Source: a virus | Taxonomy: Duplodnaviria; Caudoviricetes | Length of the DNA stretch: 44,981 bases | Direction: 5' to 3' (one strand) | IMG/VR virus record: IMGVR_UViG_3300017700_000220 | Coordinates: 1-44,981 of that record | Shown: positions 18,655 through 27,495 of the stretch, piece by piece | How the letters are laid out: each line of letters opens with the position of its first letter | Position numbering within the stretch: the first letter of the stretch is position 1 | Notes under the pieces: model-generated | What the model saw: the letters and a program-made list of their open reading frames with translations, nothing else | What the model was told of the DNA's origin: nothing | Database searches by the model: none | Position numbers and translations under genes: made by a program

Positions 18655-21600
18655 TGGTTGATCTTACAGACGGTCAAAAGCTTCTTCAGGAATATCAGGA
18701 CGCCGGGTACTCGGACACTGATATTGCAACCATGCGTCAAACCAAGACGCGGGAAGCGCTGGATGCTGGCTACTCGCAAAAAGAGGTTGACGATTTTTGG
18801 GGCGACAATCAGCCGAAGTCACCGACTTTGGGAAATGTCCTGAAGGAAAATCTTGCGCAGCAAAAGTTTGATCCCTCAACGCTGGACACCGCCGATCCTA
18901 ATAGCTGGATGGAAATGTTTCAGACTGGCTTTGATTGGTCTTCAGGTTCGCTTATGGCAGGGCGCACCCCTGGCAAGATCATGCCGGAAGAATCAGGCAT
19001 CATGGCAAAGATCATGGCTGGCGCTGGACAGATCGTAGGCGATGCACCCGCCATGATTGCCGGTGCAATTGGCGGCGCTGCGCTTGTCGCGCCCGAAACT
19101 GCCGCCATTGGTGCCAAAGCATCTAAGACGCCCGTTGGGGCATTGGCCGGTGGCAGCTTTGGTATCGGCGCTGGCGCTGGCTTTGGCGGTGCTGCGCTGC
19201 CTACCGTTATCCGCGAAGTCATTCTTGACGATATGATCAACGGCAAGTTTTCATCGTGGGATGATGTGATGGAACGCAGTTGGCACATTATGAAGGAAAC
19301 TGCGGTTGAGGGAACCATTGGCGCGTTGACCGGCGTTGCCGGACGCAAGGCATTTCTTGTCACGCGGAATACCGCACGCCCAATTATGCGCACCACGGAA
19401 GTTGCAACCATGGCAGCAACCGGCGCTACAACGTCCGGTCTGTTTCACGGACGCGTTCCCACCGCTGAAGACTTCATTCTTGGAGTTGCGTTGACTGGCG
19501 TTATTCCAGTTGGCGGAAAATTCGCCGGTGATCTTTACCGTCTTGTCGGTGCGCGGCAGCGTGCGGAATTGACGGACACCGGCGAAGCTATTGCGGCGCG
19601 TATGCAGCAAATGTGGGCCAAGACCGGCATTGATCCAAAAGAGCAGGGACGCGCCGCCGGTTCCGATCCTATCAAGCGCCAAGCTGTCATGGGCGCGGAC
19701 GCGGACGGGCAAGTGGTCACGGACGCTTTCGCAGACATGGCACCCGTCGAGCAGCCGAAGAAGTCTGCCACCGTCGAGATTGACGGCGGTATGCAGAAGC
19801 CCACGTTTGGAAAGAAGGCTGAAGGTGAAGCGCCGGTTGAGTTTAAGCAGCTTGAGCGAACCGGCGAAGTGTCGGAAGTCACCGGCGTTGCGCCGGTCAA
19901 GAACATCAATGTGGAGCAATTCGCCCAAATCGTGAATGAAGCCACACCGGATATAGTTGACGCCCTGTACCCCGATAGAACAGTTCGGGAACAGCAGATG
20001 GGCGAACGGTTAACGGAGATCGTCGGCAAGTACAAGAACGCGGACGGCAGCTTTGACTTGGAAGCCGGTCTTATCGAATTCTATGAAAGCGGCGACAAAG
20101 CCATGCTTTTCCGTGCCAATGGCCGGAAATACGGTGCGCTGCACCCCAATACCCAAAGGGCGCTTGAGAAGGCGGGCTTCCTGCTAGACAGGGATGGCTA
20201 TAAACCGATGGTTCCCGCCGCTGGCGCGGGCGGCGGTGGCAGTATGAAGCCGCCCCCACCCAAAGGCCCCGGATCGGAAGTCGGGCTTCCTGGCTCACCT
20301 AAAGGGGGCAAGGAAGGGCATTTCGCGCGGGACAAGGAATTCGTCAATGAAGACATTAACGAAGTGTACGGGGAGTCAATAGACGGGCAGACATGGCCGG
20401 ACTACTACCGCCAAAATAAAGGCGACTGGCGGGAACTGGCTATCATGGCGGAACTGGACAAGCGCTTCAAAGTCACCAAGTCGGAAAGCGACATTGGGCT
20501 TGAAGATATGTTCCGGCTTACCCTGTCATCCGCCGGACGCGCCAAGGTCCGCAAGGAAGTGGGCGGCTATCGGATCACGGTGGATAAGTCCGGCAACCCC
20601 ATGTATGAATTGAATGACGCAGTTCCGGCGCTCAACAAAGTGTGGAAGGGTGCAGAGAAGGGACCGCTCAAGGTTGAGGGTGGCGTTCCACAACTGCGCA
20701 ACTATCTTCAGGCGCTTGACACGCTGGACCGCGTGAAGCTTGGACTGGAAACTTCCGTGAAGCCCGAACTGGCGCAGGAACTTCTTACCGCGCTGCCCAA
20801 GGCCGAACTGAAGAAGCTTGAGGCGCTTGCCGACATGCACCGCAAGGTTTTCAATGACACCCTGGAAGGCGCGGTACAGCATCACATTCTAAGCCGCAAG
20901 GCGGCAGATACGATCATGGAGCGGCACCCCAACTGGTTCCCGCAGATCGTGGCCGAAGGCGAGTCGGGTTATCTCACTGGCGCTATCCGTGGCGTCAAGT
21001 CTGCGATCAAACGCGCCAAGGGCCACGGCTACGCAATCAAGGACCCTATCCTTGAAACGCTTCATGCGATGGATCAACGTGAACGTCTTGGTTCTGCGAA
21101 CCTTGCGCGGCGTGCGCTTGTCCAAGTGTTGCGCGAACAGGGACTTATTGAAGGCGATCCAAAGGTGAACCGCCTGAAGCTGGAAGGTCCGATCAAGGGG
21201 GACGTTCTGGACGAACACGGGAACATCATCAAGGGTGTTGAAAAGAAATTTTTCGAGCATAACCCCAATGAGGTTGTGTACTACGAAAGCGGAATGCGGC
21301 GCGAAGTTCGGATCAAGGACTTCCCCGGACGGCAAGAGATCATGCGCTTGCTGGAAGGTCCGTCTGTGTTTGACAAGAACCTTGGCATATCGTTGCTGAC
21401 TACAGCGGCGAAGATAAAGCGTATGGCTATCGTTGAACTGCCGGACTTCCTCTTGCGTGCCATGTTCATGGACAGCTTCAACGTTGCCATTATGAGCAAG
21501 GACGGCGGCTTGCCTATCAAGAACACGATCCGTGGCGCTCTTGACGCAATTGACTATGCGACTAGCGGCAAGACTGGCGGCGGCGAAGGCTACAAGAAGC

Positions 21601-23000
21601 GCATTGAGTACCTTCTTAACGGCGGCTATGACATGACGCTTGCTGACATGGACGCCGATCACACCCTTCAGTCATACCACGTTATGACAAGCCCCGGCCA
21701 CGTTGCGCGGGTTATCAACTCAATCAAGCATCCGCTTGAAGGTGTGCAGACCATTTTCCGCATGACCGATTCATTCACCCGTATGGGCGGTGTCTATACA
21801 AACGCACGCGGGCGCATTGGGCCGATCCGCGCCGCCATGGATAGCCGCAGGGCAAGCCTTGACTTCGGTGAACGCAGTCTTAGCCCGGTGGTGAACTTGC
21901 TGGCTTCGCTTACGCCGTTCTTCGCGCCAACAATGCGCGGCCTGGACAGCTTCCAGCACCTTGTAAAGAAGGACCCTCTTGGTATTCTAATGCGCGGCTC
22001 GGTACTCACGACTGCGGCAGTCACATTGACGGCGCTGAATTATGCCTTTGATGAAATGATGGGCGAAGACATTCCGGAAAGCGCCAAGTACGGTAATATC
22101 AACCGGCGTGAGAAGGATACCTTTATGCACATTCCGTTCGTCAATCCGATTGACGGACAGGTGACGCGTCTGCGCTTGCCATTGCCGTTTGGACTTGGCC
22201 CGATATTCGCCGGGTGGGTTCCGCGCATGTTCGACAAGATGAAGACGGATGATCCCCGCGCGTTCAAGGGATACCGGGATAGCATTGTAGCAAAGTTCTT
22301 CGGCGGCTTGGTTCCGCTGGCTGGCAACCCTCTCATTCAGCCATGGATGGAAGCGCTTGCCAACTATGACTTCCATAGCGGAAAGCCATGGATACCGCAG
22401 CGCATGGAAAACTTGAGCGGCCCGAACCAATACTATCCTTGGACTTCGGAAGTGTCGAAGAACATTGCGGCCATGGTAAGCCAAGCCGGGTATGATCTTT
22501 CGCCGCTCACGTTTGACAAGTTCCTAAATGCCTGGACGGGACAACTCGGCCCCAACATTCTGCGGATCACGGACAAGGCTATGAAGGACAATCCTATGCC
22601 GCGTGACATTGCCAACACGCCGTTCATGGGTAGCTTCTTCTTGCGCAATCCCGGTGTTAGTGCGCAGCCGATCAATGACTTCTATGACGAATATGAAGCG
22701 TACAAAAAGGCGGCGGGTGACGTTACGTTCCTTGAAAGCGGCGACAAGGAAGACACGCCGGAATATGAGAAGGCAGTTGCAGCCCTTGAGAAGTTTGATG
22801 GCACCGACATGGCGCTTGTAGCGCAAGCGCTCACGGAGCAACGCAAGGTCATGTATGAAATGTATGAAGACGATACCTTGGACGCCAATGACAAGCGGCA
22901 AATCCTTGATGAAGTCGCGGGACAGATGATTGAGACAACGCGTATTGCCCTTCAGGAACTTGATGAAGCGCGGAAGGACGCGGAAGAAGATGGCCCGTAA
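18654..23000 (+). CDS. Large internal virion / DNA ejection protein (LPD38-like C-terminus)
   Basis: 1448 aa in the third ejection-gene position; LDFG..., PFF, LPLPFGLG, P.IQP.ME..ANYDF..GKP motifs. Confidence 0.75.
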   Translation: MVDLTDGQKLLQEYQDAGYSDTDIATMRQTKTREALDAGYSQKEVDDFWGDNQPKSPTLGNVLKENLAQQKFDPSTLDTADPNSWMEMFQTGFDWSSGSLMAGRTPGKIMPEESGIMAKIMAGAGQIVGDAPAMIAGAIGGAALVAPETAAIGAKASKTPVGALAGGSFGIGAGAGFGGAALPTVIREVILDDMINGKFSSWDDVMERSWHIMKETAVEGTIGALTGVAGRKAFLVTRNTARPIMRTTEVATMAATGATTSGLFHGRVPTAEDFILGVALTGVIPVGGKFAGDLYRLVGARQRAELTDTGEAIAARMQQMWAKTGIDPKEQGRAAGSDPIKRQAVMGADADGQVVTDAFADMAPVEQPKKSATVEIDGGMQKPTFGKKAEGEAPVEFKQLERTGEVSEVTGVAPVKNINVEQFAQIVNEATPDIVDALYPDRTVREQQMGERLTEIVGKYKNADGSFDLEAGLIEFYESGDKAMLFRANGRKYGALHPNTQRALEKAGFLLDRDGYKPMVPAAGAGGGGSMKPPPPKGPGSEVGLPGSPKGGKEGHFARDKEFVNEDINEVYGESIDGQTWPDYYRQNKGDWRELAIMAELDKRFKVTKSESDIGLEDMFRLTLSSAGRAKVRKEVGGYRITVDKSGNPMYELNDAVPALNKVWKGAEKGPLKVEGGVPQLRNYLQALDTLDRVKLGLETSVKPELAQELLTALPKAELKKLEALADMHRKVFNDTLEGAVQHHILSRKAADTIMERHPNWFPQIVAEGESGYLTGAIRGVKSAIKRAKGHGYAIKDPILETLHAMDQRERLGSANLARRALVQVLREQGLIEGDPKVNRLKLEGPIKGDVLDEHGNIIKGVEKKFFEHNPNEVVYYESGMRREVRIKDFPGRQEIMRLLEGPSVFDKNLGISLLTTAAKIKRMAIVELPDFLLRAMFMDSFNVAIMSKDGGLPIKNTIRGALDAIDYATSGKTGGGEGYKKRIEYLLNGGYDMTLADMDADHTLQSYHVMTSPGHVARVINSIKHPLEGVQTIFRMTDSFTRMGGVYTNARGRIGPIRAAMDSRRASLDFGERSLSPVVNLLASLTPFFAPTMRGLDSFQHLVKKDPLGILMRGSVLTTAAVTLTALNYAFDEMMGEDIPESAKYGNINRREKDTFMHIPFVNPIDGQVTRLRLPLPFGLGPIFAGWVPRMFDKMKTDDPRAFKGYRDSIVAKFFGGLVPLAGNPLIQPWMEALANYDFHSGKPWIPQRMENLSGPNQYYPWTSEVSKNIAAMVSQAGYDLSPLTFDKFLNAWTGQLGPNILRITDKAMKDNPMPRDIANTPFMGSFFLRNPGVSAQPINDFYDEYEAYKKAAGDVTFLESGDKEDTPEYEKAVAALEKFDGTDMALVAQALTEQRKVMYEMYEDDTLDANDKRQILDEVAGQMIETTRIALQELDEARKDAEEDGP

Positions 23001-23499
23001 GTTTCGCCGCGTTCGTGGTTTGCGTGATGCTATCCCCGGTGGCTTTGTTATCGGACGGATCGGCAAGGGCAAAGGTGCGCCTACTCTTATCCCGTTCACC
23101 CCCAATGCCAATGGCAGCGTAGGGGGCGGCGGTAGCGGCTCGGGCGTCAAGTTCATTGCGGTGGAGTTGTACGCCGGTGGACTTATGCGTGCCAGTGAAG
23201 TTGTGGGAATGATTGTTGCGCCGGTGGAATTTACGCTTCCGGCTGGATTGGCCACAAGTTACGCCAAGGCGGTATCTGCCAGCACCGGCGCAGTCGTGCT
23301 TACGATCCGCAAGGCCACGGCAGCGGGTGGCGTAGGTTCGTCTATCGGCACAATCACTTTCACCAACTCAACGGAAGGCGTATTCTCGTTTGCTTCGGAC
23401 GTTACGTTCGCCATTGGGGATAGGCTCCTGGTACAGTGTCCGAACCCGGCTAACCCCTCATTGGCAAGCACCACAATTCTTCTTATGGGGAATTTGTAA
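22990..23499 (+). CDS. Putative tail/fibre-associated protein
   Basis: ATG 22990; VIGR..G.G.P motif like the 9909 ORF; beta-rich. Confidence 0.65.
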   Translation: MARKFRRVRGLRDAIPGGFVIGRIGKGKGAPTLIPFTPNANGSVGGGGSGSGVKFIAVELYAGGLMRASEVVGMIVAPVEFTLPAGLATSYAKAVSASTGAVVLTIRKATAAGGVGSSIGTITFTNSTEGVFSFASDVTFAIGDRLLVQCPNPANPSLASTTILLMGNL

Positions 23500-24566
23500 T
23501 GGCTACGCTTCTACGTGATGGCTTTGACTTCTATAGCGCCGTGTCTCAGACGGTGGGCAACTTTTCGTCCATGAATGGCAACTGTTCCCTTAGCGCTTCA
23601 ACTCGGTTTAGTCATGGTCAAAGTCTTCAGACTGCCACGACTGGACTTAACAATACGCTTATGTGGTCTAAAGCAATTGGGTTCAACACGGGTGACACTG
23701 TATGGTTCAACTTCGCCGTTCGCAAACCCGCAGCAGTCAACGCCGATAATCTTGACCGCTTCAAGTTGCTGGACGGCGGCACGGTACAATGCTCATTCCG
23801 CATAACCTCAGCGGGCGCTATTGAATTCTATCGCGGCGACATTGCAACGCTGCTTGCCACGTATGCCGGTGCGTTCGTTGCGGGGGGAGTTTGGCAACAT
23901 TTCCAGATCAAGATACGAATTCACAACACGCTAGGTTCAATAGAAGTCCGGCGCGATGGCAGCGACTTCAACGACTTTGAATTGATTGGGACCGGCGGAA
24001 CACCGCTTGATACGCAGACTACCGCAAATGCTTACGCCAACTCAATTGACTGCAACTTGGCCGTACAAAATCCAGAAGCGCGGCAGTATGATGATCTATG
24101 GATATTTGACAATACGATAGTTGCCGGTGAACCGTCTGACTGGATCGGGGACGTTCGTGCTTGGCAAATCATGCCAAACTCTGATAGCTCGGTAGCGTTG
24201 TCCCGCAGCGCCGGTGCAACGAACTTCTCCAATGTGGATGAAGCAATACAGTCTTCAGTGGATTACGTGTTCGGCGCGTCCCCTGGACTGACAGACGAAT
24301 ATGGAAACCCCGGCTTCGCGGTGCCGCTGCCAACTGACATTTTCGGCTTGAGCGTAAAGATGGCGTCCCTAAAGCTGGACGCAGGGCCACGTATGGTGGG
24401 CGTTCGGGTTCGCTCGGGTGCCACCGTAAGTGACTCTGCCGGTATTGCCCCCTCAACGTCCGTGCGGACGGACGCCATAGAGTATGACCTTAACCCCGAC
24501 ACCGGGCTTGCATGGACAGCGGCGGAAATTGCTGCTATGACTTTCGGCCCAAGGATCGTAACTTAA
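23499..24566 (+). CDS. Putative virion protein with lectin/jelly-roll-like region
   Basis: DGFD.Y start, WQHFQIK and YDDLWI patterns. Confidence 0.65.
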   Translation: MATLLRDGFDFYSAVSQTVGNFSSMNGNCSLSASTRFSHGQSLQTATTGLNNTLMWSKAIGFNTGDTVWFNFAVRKPAAVNADNLDRFKLLDGGTVQCSFRITSAGAIEFYRGDIATLLATYAGAFVAGGVWQHFQIKIRIHNTLGSIEVRRDGSDFNDFELIGTGGTPLDTQTTANAYANSIDCNLAVQNPEARQYDDLWIFDNTIVAGEPSDWIGDVRAWQIMPNSDSSVALSRSAGATNFSNVDEAIQSSVDYVFGASPGLTDEYGNPGFAVPLPTDIFGLSVKMASLKLDAGPRMVGVRVRSGATVSDSAGIAPSTSVRTDAIEYDLNPDTGLAWTAAEIAAMTFGPRIVT

Positions 24567-24578
24567 AGGAATTTAGTC

Positions 24579-25133
24579 ATGTCACTTCAAACATGGGAAG
24601 AACTGCTTACGTCAACGATTGACGATGCTGCGCAGATAAGCAACACCACAACGGAAACGATCATGGTTCCGGATACGCCGATCCCTGCCCGCTATTGGTA
24701 TCCGGGGCGCACGCTGAAGGCAACATTGCGCGGCAAGCTGTCTTGCGTTGTCACCACACCCGGCACCCTCACGCTTCGTGCGCGGTACGGTGGCGTGGCC
24801 GGAACGCTCTTGTGTGCGTCTGCGGCGCTTGCCATGAACATTGTGGCAAAGACGAACAGTCAAGTTGCCATGGAATTCCTGATCACATGCCGCGCCAACG
24901 GCAACAGTTCTACGTCCGGCATTCTGCTTGGCTCGGGACAGGCCAACTTGGGCGAAGCCCGCGTTGCGGCCAACGTGGGGCAGTATGATCAAATCCCGCT
25001 CAACGCCGGTGCAGCAGTTTCCGCATTGAACCTTATTGACGCTGGCACGTTATCATTCACGGCGCAATTCTCGGTGGCTACAAACCCCACGAACTTGCTG
25101 ATCAACCAGTTCTTGCTTGAAGCTATGAACTAA
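24579..25133 (+). CDS. Hypothetical virion-region protein
   Basis: AAGGAA RBS; beta-rich. Confidence 0.7.
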   Translation: MSLQTWEELLTSTIDDAAQISNTTTETIMVPDTPIPARYWYPGRTLKATLRGKLSCVVTTPGTLTLRARYGGVAGTLLCASAALAMNIVAKTNSQVAMEFLITCRANGNSSTSGILLGSGQANLGEARVAANVGQYDQIPLNAGAAVSALNLIDAGTLSFTAQFSVATNPTNLLINQFLLEAMN

Positions 25134-25144
25134 GTGGTGCTGCT

Positions 25145-25381
25145 ATGCCAGCACCTTTCAAACGGCTTGGTATGCAAGGGCCGCGCGGCCTTCTAGGGAT
25201 ACCGCCACGGCGCTTTCGTGAACGCACGCTGCCAACTCAGACCGCAGCACGCATTGTGCAAACCGGCCTGGAAGTGTGGACGCTAGGCGATCCTGAAGTC
25301 CAGTTTTCGCAAGTGGGCTTGGAAGTTTGGACGCGTTCGGATGACCAATTAAGAAGGCTTGTTAATGTCTATTTTGTGTAG
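25145..25381 (+). CDS. Hypothetical protein with internal repeat (Q.GLEVWT x2)
   Basis: ORF tiles the region; repeat visible in the protein. Confidence 0.6.
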   Translation: MPAPFKRLGMQGPRGLLGIPPRRFRERTLPTQTAARIVQTGLEVWTLGDPEVQFSQVGLEVWTRSDDQLRRLVNVYFV

Positions 25382-25406
25382 TATGTAAGTCGGAAGGAAT
25401 TCGGCT

Positions 25407-25646
25407 ATGAGGAACCACACCATGCACCCTGTATATAATCACGGCGGACCATCCCCAATTGACCTTATCCCGCTTGGCGTAATCGCTGCGGCATGGGTTG
25501 ACATTGTTCCATCTGTGGCGGCGTTGTTCGCTATCGGGTGGTACTGCATCCTTATGTGGGAAAGTGACACCGTGCGCGGCTGGACCGGCAGGGAAGTTGA
25601 GTATGACGATTCTGAAGATGACGAAGACGATTTGATAGGAACATAA
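25407..25646 (+). CDS. Putative holin-like membrane protein
   Basis: Hydrophobic stretch plus very acidic tail, immediately before the endolysin. Confidence 0.55.
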   Translation: MRNHTMHPVYNHGGPSPIDLIPLGVIAAAWVDIVPSVAALFAIGWYCILMWESDTVRGWTGREVEYDDSEDDEDDLIGT

Positions 25647-25648
25647 AA

Positions 25649-26395
25649 ATGCAAACTTCCAGGCGCGGACAACAGTTCATCAAGGATGGGGAAGGGCTTC
25701 GTCTTGTTGCCTATCTTTGCCCTGCGGGTGTATGGACAATCGGGTGGGGCCACACTTCGGACGAAAAGTATCCTGTCAAAAAGGGTATGAAGATCACGAA
25801 GGCCCAAGCTGAAATTTTATTCAAGCATGACGTTGAAGAAGCGGAAGCCGCAATACGGCGTCATGTCAAGGTGCAGTTGAACGGCAACCAGTACGGGGCG
25901 CTTGTCTCGTTCATCTTCAACGTGGGCGTCGAAGCCTTCCGCAAGTCTTCGCTCCTGCGCATGATAAACAAGGGCGCTGGCGCAATCTCCATTACCAAGG
26001 CATTCAGTCTATGGGTTAAGGGCGGTACGCCCAAGCGTACCATCAAGGGCTTGGTCAAGCGCCGCGCGGATGAAGCTGCCTTGTATCATACTCCCGACTC
26101 CCTTGGCGACAATCCTATTAAGCTGCCCAACACCGGCAAGCCGACTGCGCAGATTGAAGAAGGCCGCAATGCCAAGCATGACGTTTCACCGTCCGGCGTA
26201 GGCACCGGCAAAGTGGGTTCCGGCGTGGCGTCTATCGGTGCCGGTGGTGCCGTTGAGCAGATCAAGGACGCCACCGATCAGCTAACGTATGTTGCTGACT
26301 ATTCAAGCGTCATACAGGCCGTTGTGGTGGCCTTGGTATCCCTTGGTGCCATCATCATGCTATATGGCCTGTACCAGCGCTGGAAGGATCAGTAA
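25649..26395 (+). CDS. Endolysin, GH24 lysozyme, with C-terminal hydrophobic segment
   Basis: EGLRL.AYLCPAGVWTIGWGHT, ALVSFIFNVG and GLVKRR..E motifs. Confidence 0.92.
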   Translation: MQTSRRGQQFIKDGEGLRLVAYLCPAGVWTIGWGHTSDEKYPVKKGMKITKAQAEILFKHDVEEAEAAIRRHVKVQLNGNQYGALVSFIFNVGVEAFRKSSLLRMINKGAGAISITKAFSLWVKGGTPKRTIKGLVKRRADEAALYHTPDSLGDNPIKLPNTGKPTAQIEEGRNAKHDVSPSGVGTGKVGSGVASIGAGGAVEQIKDATDQLTYVADYSSVIQAVVVALVSLGAIIMLYGLYQRWKDQ

Positions 26396-26399
26396 GCCC

Positions 26400-26837
26400 A
26401 TGTGGAAGTTCTTAACCAGTATCGTATCTGGCGGGCTTGGAAGCATCTTCGGCGGCTACCTTGACTATCGCAATGTGAAGTCCCGCATTGAAGGCGAAGT
26501 CCTTCAGCGGTACATGGAAGCGGAAGTTGAAACGAACCGCCAGAAGCTTATGATGAACAAGCTATTCATGGAGCGGTGGGAAACGCGCTGGATCATTCCA
26601 GGCTTCGCCTTCATCACCATGGCGCACTATGGGGCGGTGGTGCTGGACAGTATCTTTCTGTTTGACTGGAACGTTGCGGCGCTGCCGGGACCTATTGCAG
26701 AATGGGAAGGTCAAATCATTCTTAGCTTCTTCGTGGTAGTCCCGGCCAAGGATTTGATTTCATCATACCTTAACCGGGGCTTGGTGCAGTCGGTGGTGAC
26801 GAACGTGAAGTCCGTCTTCAAGAAACGCGCGAAGTAA
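26400..26837 (+). CDS. Membrane protein resembling 3TM holins
   Basis: Amphipathic N-terminus, helical linker, RWIIP..., two further hydrophobic segments. Confidence 0.55.
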   Translation: MWKFLTSIVSGGLGSIFGGYLDYRNVKSRIEGEVLQRYMEAEVETNRQKLMMNKLFMERWETRWIIPGFAFITMAHYGAVVLDSIFLFDWNVAALPGPIAEWEGQIILSFFVVVPAKDLISSYLNRGLVQSVVTNVKSVFKKRAK

Positions 26838-27053
26838 TCAGACTGAGCATTCCAGAACAACCGGGACGGCGTAGCCATCCCCGCCGCTGAAGGTCCACTT
26901 GTATGGGCCGCGCAATCCCTTCTCCCGCATGTCCACAATCATTTCTTCCATGATTGCGTTCATGTGGCCGGGGAAGCCGCCGGGTGTGTGGCTGGCTGCT
27001 TCCATGATCATAAACCGGCGTGACACCGGGCGGTTCTCGTTAGGCTTTGCCAT
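26838..27053 (-). CDS. Hypothetical protein
   Basis: ATG 27053 after AAGGAAGG. Confidence 0.6.
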   Translation of the reverse strand: MAKPNENRPVSRRFMIMEAASHTPGGFPGHMNAIMEEMIVDMREKGLRGPYKWTFSGGDGYAVPVVLECSV

Positions 27054-27495
27054 CTGAAGTTTCCCTTCCTTTAAGAAGCATTTCCAGACGCGCCATAGCG
27101 TTCCAGGCGTGCATCTGTGCATGTTCAAGTTCGCTGTCCGCGTCAACCGGGTTGATACATTCTTCAACCAAGTGGCGGGCGTCTGCATCCGAATATCGGC
27201 CATAGCCTTCATCCACTTTCTGATAGCTCACTTCTTCGTAAGCCACGTTGTACTTCTTGGCACCGAACATGGATACCATGGACACGGACTTAATCGCCCG
27301 TGGGAAGTATTGGATGAAGCCACGGAACACTGGCGCTTTGCCAGCATCGTACTTCTTCCCGGCACCGAACTTGACCGGGACTTCAACTTTGCCCGGTGCC
27401 ACTTTCAAGTCGAACCAGTTACGGTCCGGCGTGTCCAACGCCGCGCGTAGGGCGCTGCGCCGTGGCTTGCGTTTCACTTTTGTATTTCTACCCAT
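27040..27495 (-). CDS. dATP/dGTP diphosphohydrolase-domain protein (DUF5664-like)
   Basis: G.KYDAGK, V..V..FGAKKY, RY.DA..RHL, D.DS.L.H..H.AWNA.A.LE motifs. Confidence 0.8.
   Translation of the reverse strand: MGRNTKVKRKPRRSALRAALDTPDRNWFDLKVAPGKVEVPVKFGAGKKYDAGKAPVFRGFIQYFPRAIKSVSMVSMFGAKKYNVAYEEVSYQKVDEGYGRYSDADARHLVEECINPVDADSELEHAQMHAWNAMARLEMLLKGRETSDGKA

Noticed and set aside
9909-25381. Diversity-generating retroelement as in BPP-1
   Set aside because: No reverse transcriptase and no TR/VR repeat pair seen.
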